Positions 1 through 6,864 of a DNA stretch of 41,521 nucleotides are shown piece after piece; the first letter of the stretch is position 1, and each line of letters opens with the position of its first letter. The position numbers and the translations under genes were made by a program. The notes under the pieces were generated by a model that worked only from the letters and a program-made list of their open reading frames with translations, made no database searches and had not been told where the DNA came from. The stretch is from Acidimicrobiales bacterium (GTDB lineage: Bacteria > Actinomycetota > Acidimicrobiia > Acidimicrobiales > GCA-2861595): NCBI GenBank assembly GCA_035540915.1, contig DATLFQ010000075.1, positions 1 through 41,521 on the forward strand, in the 5' to 3' direction.

Positions 1-27
1 TGGGAGAGTAGGTCGTCGCCGGGAACA
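1..27 (+). rRNA. rrf: 3' end of 5S rRNA (partial, cut by window edge)
   Basis: TGGGAGAGTAGGTCGTCGCCGGGAAC matches the conserved 3'-terminal segment of actinobacterial 5S rRNA (...TGGGAGAGTAGGNCGCCGCC...). A strong hairpin follows immediately. Confidence 0.7.
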
Positions 28-34
28 CTCGTTG

Positions 35-66
35 CCACAGCCCCTCGCTTCGGCGGGGGGCTGTGG
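35..66 (+). terminator. rRNA operon terminator hairpin with UUCG tetraloop
   Basis: 14-bp stem, 35-48 (CCACAGCCCCTCGC) pairing with 53-66 (GCGGGGGGCTGTGG) with one G-U pair. The loop is TTCG (49-52). No U-tract follows, as is common in high-GC actinobacteria. Confidence 0.6.
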
Positions 67-75
67 CGCGCCCGG

Positions 76-81
76 TACGCT
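76..81 (+). promoter_or_regulatory. candidate -10 box (TACGCT) for a leaderless TPR-protein transcript
   Basis: TANNNT hexamer lies 7 nt upstream of GTG-89 with no SD. The same geometry recurs at other operon heads. Confidence 0.35.
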
Positions 82-88
82 GCCGCTC

Positions 89-1303
89 GTGGCGCCGCCC
101 GAGGGATCCAAGCCGCCACCGCGCCCGCGGCGGCCGCGCCCACCGGCCGCAGCGGCAACGGAGGCCGTGCGGGCGGTCGGGCGGGGCCGCGGGAATGCCG
201 CCGGGCGGGACCGGGGTGCGAGCGGCGGCGGCGAACGCGCGCGGCGCGGGCCGGCGCCGTCGGCGAAGCCCGCACGGCCCGACCGGGCCGGTTCGGGCCG
301 TCGCGCAGGGGAGACGCGAGCGACGCCCGATCGCCGCAGCACCGAGGCGGCCGGCTCCGATACGCGCAGACGGCCGCCGAACCCTGCGGCGAGGGCGCCG
401 TCCGGCCCGCGTGCCAGGCCGGACGGGGGCGACGCCGATCGGATCCGACCGTCGCCGGGCGCGGGCCGGCGGCGGTCCGCCGACCCGGCGCCCAAGGGAT
501 GGGGAAGCGTGGCCCGGCGAGGGGCGCGCAGCCTGCACCTGCCCGCCGAACGCACCGCGGACCGACGGCACGGTCCTGCCGGACCGTCCGCGGCGTGGGA
601 GCCGGAGCGCTGGGTGCCCGAGCCGCCCACCGCGCCCGTGCCGGGGGGCCGGCCCGTGCGCCGGGGAGGCGGTCCCTCCGTCCCGCGCGCCGTGGTCGAC
701 GAGCTGGGTGCCGCCGCGGGCTCCCAGCAGGGCGCCCGCATGGCCCGCCGCCTGGCCGAAGCGGCCAGGGCCTACGACGAGGACCGCTACGCCGACGCCC
801 GCCGGCTCCTGCGACCGCTGGTCGGGCAGGCCCCGTCGTCGAGCGCCGTGCGGGAGCTGCTCGGCCTGACCCTGTACCGCCAGGCCCGGTGGAAGGAGGC
901 CATCCGCGAGCTGGAGGCGTTCGTGTCCCTGAGCGGGTCGCTCGACCAGCACCCGGTCCTGGCCGACTGCCACCGGGCGCTCGGCCACTGGGACGCCGTG
1001 GCCCAGCTCTGGCGCGAGCTCCGGGCCGCGTCGCCGTCGGCGGAACTGGTGGCGGAGGGCCGCATCGTGGCGGCCGGGGCCCTGGCCGATCAAGGGCAGG
1101 TGGGGGCGGCGCTGCGGCTGCTGGAGAGTTCGGCATCGCTGGGCCGGCGGCCGCGCCTGCACCAGCTCCGCCTCTCCTACGCGTTGGCGGACCTGTACGA
1201 GCGGGCCGGTGAGACGGCCCGGGCCCGTGAGCTGTTCGGCGCCATCGTGGCCAGGGACGCGACCTTCGCCGACGCTGCCGAGCGGCGGGCCGCCCTCGGC
1301 TGA
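89..1303 (+). CDS. TPR-repeat protein with Arg/Pro/Gly-rich N-terminal region (Rv1691-position homologue)
   Basis: Long high-GC3 frame. The C-terminal ~187 aa (from ATG-740) form TPR-like helical repeats (ARRLAEAARAYDEDRYADARRLL, WKEAIRELEAF, LADLYERAGETARARELF). The track start at 32 (TTG) lies inside the rRNA terminator hairpin and was rejected. GTG-89 was chosen; ATG-740 is an alternative. Confidence 0.6.
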   Translation: MAPPEGSKPPPRPRRPRPPAAAATEAVRAVGRGRGNAAGRDRGASGGGERARRGPAPSAKPARPDRAGSGRRAGETRATPDRRSTEAAGSDTRRRPPNPAARAPSGPRARPDGGDADRIRPSPGAGRRRSADPAPKGWGSVARRGARSLHLPAERTADRRHGPAGPSAAWEPERWVPEPPTAPVPGGRPVRRGGGPSVPRAVVDELGAAAGSQQGARMARRLAEAARAYDEDRYADARRLLRPLVGQAPSSSAVRELLGLTLYRQARWKEAIRELEAFVSLSGSLDQHPVLADCHRALGHWDAVAQLWRELRAASPSAELVAEGRIVAAGALADQGQVGAALRLLESSASLGRRPRLHQLRLSYALADLYERAGETARARELFGAIVARDATFADAAERRAALG

Positions 1304-1320
1304 GCAGGCCCGTGGCGCCG

Positions 1321-1340
1321 CCGTGACTCGCTCGTCACGG
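1321..1340 (+). terminator. hairpin downstream of the TPR gene
   Basis: CCGTGAC-tcgctc-GTCACGG gives a 7-bp stem starting 18 nt after the stop codon. There is no U-tract. Confidence 0.3.
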
Positions 1341-1445
1341 CGTAGGGGCGGCCGCCCGGGCTGGCGCCTCGTCGTGTCACATCACCCCGCTACCGTGCGC
1401 CTGCCCGCTTCCCCCACGGCTTGATCTCGAGCAAGGGATGGCGAC

Positions 1446-1844
1446 ATGACGGACGACAGCAGGGCGGACTGCAACAGGACGGACGGGGAGGCGACGAACA
1501 TCGTGGTGGTGCGGGGCCGGCTCAGCCGGCCGGCCGAGCTGCGGCTGCTGGCGTCGGGTGTGCGCCAGGTCGAGCTGCAGCTCGCGGTCCCGGGGCCCGA
1601 CGGCCGGGCCGAGAGCGTCCCGGTGGTGTGGCCGAGCGCACCGGCATGGGCGGCCGCGCTGGATGTCGACGAGCAGGTGACGGTGGTGGGCCGGGTCCGG
1701 CGGCGGTTCTTCCGGTCGGGCAACGCCACCCAGAGTCGGACCGAGGTGGTGGCCGATCAGGTCGTGCCGGCCCGGCAGGTCAAGCGGGCCCGGGCTGCGC
1801 TGGACGGGGCGGCCCTCCGGGTGGCCGACGCCGCCCGCTGCTGA
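1446..1844 (+). CDS. OB-fold, SSB-like protein (hypothetical)
   Basis: ATG is preceded by AAGGGA 7 nt upstream. The residue pattern NIVVVRGRLSRPAELRLLASG..VELQLAV...VPVVW...VTVVGRVRRRFF resembles single-stranded DNA-binding OB folds. Confidence 0.45.
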   Translation: MTDDSRADCNRTDGEATNIVVVRGRLSRPAELRLLASGVRQVELQLAVPGPDGRAESVPVVWPSAPAWAAALDVDEQVTVVGRVRRRFFRSGNATQSRTEVVADQVVPARQVKRARAALDGAALRVADAARC

Positions 1845-1880
1845 GGGGCGTCGAGGCGGGACCCGCTGCGGGCGCCGACG

Positions 1881-3089
1881 TCAGGCGATGTCGCGAAAGA
1901 CCATGCCGGTCCGCAGCTTCGGCGCGAAGAAGGTGGTCTTGGGCGGCATCCGAGCGCCGCCGCGACCGGTGGCGGCGATCTGGTCGACGGTGGCTGGGCG
2001 CAGCAGCACGGCCGCGTCGGCCCGGCCGGCGCGGACCAGGTCCGTCACGGTGTCGGCGCCGTGCTGGAAGGTGAGGACGTGCTCGGGCAGGTCGGCCAGG
2101 GCGACGGCCAGGCGGCTGGAGTCCAGGTCGGCACCGGCCGCCGCCTCGGTGGCGGGGGTCGGCCGCAGCAAATACGACCCCGACGGCACGACCAGGCCCA
2201 GGGCACCGGCCCGGGTCATGGCCGCAACCATGGCCGGTCCGCCACCGGGCTGCCCGTTCATCTCCTGCACCTCGAAGTGGGGCGCGAGGGCGGCCGGCAG
2301 GTCGAAGCCGGCAGGCAGGCGCGACAGCAGGCGGTGGATCGGCTGCACGAGCAGTTGCTCGTCGGACAGCTCGACCACGTAGGCCATGACCGACTCGGAC
2401 GGTGCGCCCGCCGCACCGCCGGCCGCCCGGCGCTCGTCCCGGTAGGCCAGCGCCGTCTCGAAGCGGTGATGGCCGTCGGCCACGATGACCGGCGCGCTGG
2501 CCACCACCTCGCCGATGGCGTCCACGACCCCCGGCGCGGTGACGCGCCAGAGCCGGTGGTGGACGCCGTCCTCGTCGGTGGCCCGGGCATCGGGCGGCCC
2601 CGCCGGCTCGCACAGGGCGCCCAGGCCGGCGGCCGGCGACAGGGCCCAGATGGGCGACAGGTTGGCGCGGCAGGCCCGCAGGATCGAGAGCCGGTCGGCC
2701 TTGTCCTTGGGCGTGGTGTGCTCATGCGGCAGGATCCGGCCCTCCGCCGGCTCCGACAGCTCGAGGGCGCCGATCACGCCGGTGGTCTGGCGGGGCCGCC
2801 CGTCGGGATCATGGAAGCCCATCCGGTAGACGTACAGGCCCGGCTCGGGGTCGTCGGCCAGCACGCCGGACCGGCGCCACTCCGACCAGCGGGCTGCGGC
2901 CACGGCGTAGCGGTCGCGGTCGAGCTCGTCCTGCGGCAGCTCGAGGAGGACCGCGTTGTGCTCGCTGCGGCCGGCCAGGGCGGCCGCCTGGGCCGGGTTG
3001 ATGACGTCGTAGGGCGGCGCCACGAGGTCGTCGAGGCGGCCGCCGGGCGCCGCGTAGCGGACACCGGCGAAGGGCGAGAGGCGGGGCAC
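1881..3089 (-). CDS. DUF1015 family protein
   Basis: The N-terminus VPRLSPFAGVRY...LVAPPYDVI is the hallmark start of DUF1015 proteins. GTG-3089 gives 402 aa. The upstream part of the 546-aa track ORF is antisense to the HAD gene and was rejected. Confidence 0.8.
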   Translation of the reverse strand: MPRLSPFAGVRYAAPGGRLDDLVAPPYDVINPAQAAALAGRSEHNAVLLELPQDELDRDRYAVAAARWSEWRRSGVLADDPEPGLYVYRMGFHDPDGRPRQTTGVIGALELSEPAEGRILPHEHTTPKDKADRLSILRACRANLSPIWALSPAAGLGALCEPAGPPDARATDEDGVHHRLWRVTAPGVVDAIGEVVASAPVIVADGHHRFETALAYRDERRAAGGAAGAPSESVMAYVVELSDEQLLVQPIHRLLSRLPAGFDLPAALAPHFEVQEMNGQPGGGPAMVAAMTRAGALGLVVPSGSYLLRPTPATEAAAGADLDSSRLAVALADLPEHVLTFQHGADTVTDLVRAGRADAAVLLRPATVDQIAATGRGGARMPPKTTFFAPKLRTGMVFRDIA

Positions 3090-3116
3090 CGGCCATGCGT
3101 AGCACGACGGGCCCCT

Positions 3117-3158
3117 GACACGATGACCCCGACACGATGACCCTGACACGATGACGCA
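3117..3158. repeat. three head-to-tail 14-bp direct repeats (GACACGATGACNNN) in a divergent intergenic region
   Basis: Copies lie at 3117-3130, 3131-3144 and 3145-3158, and the first 11 nt are identical in all three. They fill 42 of the 69 bp between the DUF1015 (-) and HAD (+) start codons. Confidence 0.85.
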
Positions 3159-3926
3159 GTGACATGGGCGCTCGACCTCGACGGTGTGGTGTGGCGCGGC
3201 GACGCGCTGCTGGCCGGGGCCGACGAGGCGGTCGCCCGCCTCCGGGCCGCCGGGCAGCGGGTGGTCTTCCTCACCAACAACTCGTACTCGCCGCTGGCGG
3301 CCACGGTGGGCAAGCTGGCCGCGTTCGGCATCGAGGTGGACGGCGCCGACGTGCTGACCTCGTCGCAGGCCGCCGCTTCCATGCTGGAGGCCGGGACGAC
3401 CGCGCTGGTGTGCGGTGGCCCCGGCGTGGTAGAGGCGCTGGAGGAGGCCGGTCTCGCCACCGTGGCCGAGGGCCCGGCCGACGCCGTGGTGGTCGGCTGG
3501 CACCGCGAGTTCGATTACCACCGCCTCACCCTGGCCATGTCGACCGTGCTCGGCGGTGCCCGGCTGGTCGCCACCAACGACGACGCCACCTACCCCATGG
3601 CGGACGGCCTGGTGCCCGGCGGGGGCGCCCTGGTGGCCGCCGTGGCCTACGCCAGCGGTGCGCAGGCCGAGGTCGCCGGCAAGCCGTACGAGCCGATGGT
3701 CTCGCTGGTGCGCCGGCGGGTCGGCCCGGTGGCGGTGATGGTGGGCGACCGCCCTGACACCGACGGGAAGTTGGCCCGCCGCCTGGGTGCCCGCTTCGGC
3801 CTGGTCCTGAGCGGCGTCACCACCCGGTCACACCTGCCCGTCGAGCCGGCTCCCGATCGGATCGCCGCAGATCTGGCCGCCATGGTCGAAGCGGAGCTGG
3901 CGAGCGAGCCGACACCCGCCACCTAG
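3159..3926 (+). CDS. HAD-superfamily subfamily IIA hydrolase (NagD/phosphatase-like; Rv1692-position)
   Basis: Motif I is LDLDGVVW, followed by VVFLTNNS, GKP and GDRPDTD motifs typical of HAD-IIA. GTG start. Confidence 0.85.
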   Translation: MTWALDLDGVVWRGDALLAGADEAVARLRAAGQRVVFLTNNSYSPLAATVGKLAAFGIEVDGADVLTSSQAAASMLEAGTTALVCGGPGVVEALEEAGLATVAEGPADAVVVGWHREFDYHRLTLAMSTVLGGARLVATNDDATYPMADGLVPGGGALVAAVAYASGAQAEVAGKPYEPMVSLVRRRVGPVAVMVGDRPDTDGKLARRLGARFGLVLSGVTTRSHLPVEPAPDRIAADLAAMVEAELASEPTPAT

Positions 3927-4708
3927 CGCCAGGGAGTCGGGGAGGGAGCCGCCTGCCGCTCGCGCTCGCCGGTCCCGGTGGCCCGCCAGAGGAGCCCGGC
4001 CCCGACGCCGAAGACGAAGCCGCCGACGTGCGCCATCCAGGCGACCCCCTCGTTGGGGTTGATGAAGAACTGCGAGACCAGCCAGATCCCGAGCAGCCAC
4101 TTGGCCGCCACGTCCCGGAAGAAGACGATGAATCCCAACAGGATCAGCGACTTGATCGGCACGTTGGGGAACAGCACCAGGTAGGCCCCCATCACGCCGG
4201 CAATGGCGCCGGACGCGCCCACCACCGGGATGGTGCTGTCGGGCTGGACGAGGATGTGGGCCGCGGTCGCGGCCAGGCCGGCCAGCAGGTAGAAGGCGAT
4301 GTAGGTGCCCTTGCCCTTGCGGTCCTCGATGTTGTTGCCGAAGACCCACAGGAACAGCATGTTGCCGGCCAGGTGCAGCCAGCTGCCGTGCAGGAACATG
4401 GAGTACACGATGGCCAGGTAGACGTTCTTGCCCGGGAAGAACGGTCGGGCGCCCGACGAGCCCGAGCCGCAGCTGGTTTCGTCGCCTTGCAGCGTGCGGT
4501 TGATCTCGTCGAGGGTGAGCGGGCGGCCCCCGGTCACCTCGCAGGGGATGGCGGCCGTCTCGTAGTTGAACTCGAGCTCCTCCACGACGCCCCGTTCCGC
4601 GGTGGAACGCGGCTGGATGAACACGAAGATGCCGACGCAGGCTGCGATCAGGATCATGGTGACGATTGGCGTCGTGGTGGTCGGGTTCTCGTCCTTGAGC
4701 GGGATCAC
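3923..4708 (-). CDS. rhomboid family intramembrane serine protease
   Basis: Carries HLAGNM (HxxxN), GASGAIAG (GxSG) and AHVGG motifs across about 6 TM segments. GTG-4708 gives the typical N-terminus (M)IPLKDENP. The longer track ORF to 5284 is Arg/Pro-rich and unsupported. Confidence 0.85.
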   Translation of the reverse strand: MIPLKDENPTTTTPIVTMILIAACVGIFVFIQPRSTAERGVVEELEFNYETAAIPCEVTGGRPLTLDEINRTLQGDETSCGSGSSGARPFFPGKNVYLAIVYSMFLHGSWLHLAGNMLFLWVFGNNIEDRKGKGTYIAFYLLAGLAATAAHILVQPDSTIPVVGASGAIAGVMGAYLVLFPNVPIKSLILLGFIVFFRDVAAKWLLGIWLVSQFFINPNEGVAWMAHVGGFVFGVGAGLLWRATGTGERERQAAPSPTPWR

Positions 4709-4777
4709 CGGCGCAGAGGCTAGGCCGGCCGGGGGTAGCCTTCGGACGTGCCACCCAGTGACGCTGTGCGCAAGGTG

Positions 4778-5170
4778 ATGGCCGATGCGGTCACGGCCGG
4801 GGTCAATGCCGGGATGGCGGTGACCCAGACGGCCCGGGCCCGGGCCGAGGAGCTGCTCGAGCGCAGCCGCACCAACACCGAGCACCTGGCCACCATGGTG
4901 CGCAAGGAGATCGCCAGCCAACTGGCCGCCATGGGCCTGGCCACCAAGGCCGACCTGGCCGACCTCGAGGCCCGCCTGCGGGTCCAGCGCCCGCCGCCCG
5001 CCGACCCGGCCACCCCGCCACCCGGGCCGACGCCGCCGAGGGCGGCGACCCGGCGGACGACGGCCAAGGCGACCTCGGCCCCGCCGCCCGCCGACGCTGC
5101 GGAGGCAGCTGGTGCCCCGCCGCCGGGCAGCGCGGCGCGGGGGGCGAGGCGCCGGCCTCCCTCTACCTGA
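4778..5170 (+). CDS. hypothetical coiled-coil (phasin-like) protein with Pro/Ala-rich tail
   Basis: High-GC3 frame. The N-terminal helical segment is ARARAEELLERSRTNTEHLATMVRKEIASQLAAMGLATKADLADLEARL. Start is ATG-4778, with GTG-4748 or GTG-4775 as alternatives. Confidence 0.5.
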   Translation: MADAVTAGVNAGMAVTQTARARAEELLERSRTNTEHLATMVRKEIASQLAAMGLATKADLADLEARLRVQRPPPADPATPPPGPTPPRAATRRTTAKATSAPPPADAAEAAGAPPPGSAARGARRRPPST

Positions 5171-5178
5171 GGCATGTC

Positions 5179-5985
5179 CTGAGGCGCCGTCTCGACGCCG
5201 AGCTGGTCCGCCGCGGGCTGGTGCCCAGCCGGGAACAGGCCCGGGCTCGCATCGCCGACGGGCGTGTGGTCGTGGCCGGCGCACCGGCGGACAAGCCGTC
5301 CCGCCTGGTGGCCCCGGGGGAGCCCGTGCAGGTGCTGGGGGGCCCGCCGCCCTTCGTCAGCCGGGCCGGGGCCAAGCTGGCGGCCGCGCTCGACCGCTTC
5401 GGGGTCGACCCCGGCGGCCGCCGGGCGCTCGATGCCGGCGCGTCGACGGGTGGCTTCACCGACTGCCTGCTGCAGCGGGGGGCCGCTTGCGTGGTGGCCG
5501 TGGACGTCGGCTGGGGGCAGCTCCACGAGCGCCTGCGCCCCGACCCCAGGGTGGTGCTCCACGAGCGCACCAACATCCGCACCTTCGTCCTGGAGCCGCC
5601 CGCCGATCTCGTGGTAGCCGACCTGTCGTTCATCTCGCTGCGCACGGTGGCGCCGGCGCTGGTGGGTACGAACGCGTCGGCAGGTGCCGATGTGGTGGTC
5701 CTGGTCAAGCCGCAGTTCGAGGCGGGCCGGGCCGAGGCGTCCCGCGGGCGGGGGGTCATCACCGACCCGGCGGTGTGGCTGCGGGCGCTCGAGGGCGTCG
5801 CTGCCGCGATGGGGGGCGCCGGAGCCGCGATGATGGGCGCCATGGTGTCGCCCGTTCCCGGGGCCGACGGCAACGTGGAGTTCCTGTTCCACCTCCTGGC
5901 CCACACCCCGACGGACCGTGCCACGGGCGGGAGTGCGCCGGTGGACCTGGCCGCGGTGGTGGCTGAAGCCGGCGGGGAGCGCTGA
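5179..5985 (+). CDS. tlyA: TlyA family rRNA (cytidine-2'-O)-methyltransferase
   Basis: S4-like N-terminus LRRRLDAELVRRGL, then FVSRAGAKL and DAGASTGGFTD (SAM motif). The homology begins upstream of the track start GTG-5221, and that frame has no ATG or GTG upstream. CTG-5179 is therefore proposed as the start. Confidence 0.85.
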   Translation: MRRRLDAELVRRGLVPSREQARARIADGRVVVAGAPADKPSRLVAPGEPVQVLGGPPPFVSRAGAKLAAALDRFGVDPGGRRALDAGASTGGFTDCLLQRGAACVVAVDVGWGQLHERLRPDPRVVLHERTNIRTFVLEPPADLVVADLSFISLRTVAPALVGTNASAGADVVVLVKPQFEAGRAEASRGRGVITDPAVWLRALEGVAAAMGGAGAAMMGAMVSPVPGADGNVEFLFHLLAHTPTDRATGGSAPVDLAAVVAEAGGER

Positions 5986-5988
5986 GCC

Positions 5989-6837
5989 GTGGCCGTCGTG
6001 GCGTTGGTTCCCCACCGGGCGCGGGCGGCTGCCACCGAGCTGGCCGCCCACGCCATCGACTGGCTGGAGTCACGGGGCCACAAGGTCCGGGTGCCCGACG
6101 CCGACGCACTGGCGCCCGGTTTGGTGGCGCGCTCGTGGCCCGAAAGCGAGCTGGCCGCCGGGCTCGACCTGGCCGTCAGCCTCGGCGGCGACGGCACCAT
6201 GCTGCGGACCGTCGACCTGCTCGGCGCGACGGGGGTGCCGGTCCTCGGGGTCAACGTCGGCCACCTGGGCTACCTGACCGAGGTCGAGCCGGACGCCATG
6301 GTGAGCGCGCTCGAGCGGTTCTTCGCCGCCGACTTCCGCATCCAGCCGCGCATGACCCTGCTGGTCGAGTCGACCGGCCGGTCCCCCGCGACGCGCCATG
6401 CGCTGAACGAGGCGGTCCTCGAGAAGACCGGCTCGGGCCACACCGTCCGGGTGGGCGTGGTGCTCAACGACGAGGAGTTCCTGACCTGCTCTGCCGACGG
6501 CGTCATCGTCGCGACGCCGACCGGCTCCACCGCCTACAACCTGTCGGCCCGGGGCCCGATCGTGTCGCCCGCCCACCGGGCGCTGGTGGTCACGTTCGTG
6601 TCGCCGCACATGCTGTTCGACCGCTCACTGGTGCTCGGGCCGGACGAGACCGTACGGCTGGAGGTGCTGGAGAGCCGTCCCGCTTCGCTGACCGTCGACG
6701 GGGCCGACCTCGGCCGGCTCGTGCCCGGCGACTCGGTGATGTGCCGGGCCGGGACCCACGACGCCGCCTTCGTCACCTTCGGCCGCCGGGACTTCCACCA
6801 GGTCCTCAAGGCCAAGTTCCGGCTGGCCGACGCCTGA
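5989..6837 (+). CDS. nadK: NAD kinase
   Basis: Contains the GGDGTML motif, a TPTGSTAY motif, and the expected length. It starts 3 nt after tlyA. Confidence 0.93.
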   Translation: MAVVALVPHRARAAATELAAHAIDWLESRGHKVRVPDADALAPGLVARSWPESELAAGLDLAVSLGGDGTMLRTVDLLGATGVPVLGVNVGHLGYLTEVEPDAMVSALERFFAADFRIQPRMTLLVESTGRSPATRHALNEAVLEKTGSGHTVRVGVVLNDEEFLTCSADGVIVATPTGSTAYNLSARGPIVSPAHRALVVTFVSPHMLFDRSLVLGPDETVRLEVLESRPASLTVDGADLGRLVPGDSVMCRAGTHDAAFVTFGRRDFHQVLKAKFRLADA

Positions 6838-6864
6838 TGCGGACCGTGCCGTGTTGACCGACCG

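Noticed and set aside
32-88. TTG-32 start of the first ORF
   Set aside because: It lies inside the 5S rRNA terminator hairpin (35-66). A start downstream of the hairpin (GTG-89) is more plausible.
3090-3521. N-terminal 144 codons of the 546-aa DUF1015 ORF; likewise 4709..5284 for the rhomboid ORF, 20218..21240 for the trpS ORF and 14346..14435 for the pyrG ORF
   Set aside because: These extensions are antisense to, or overlap, well-supported genes. They contain no family sequence, and in-frame start codons exist exactly where the family-typical N-termini begin.
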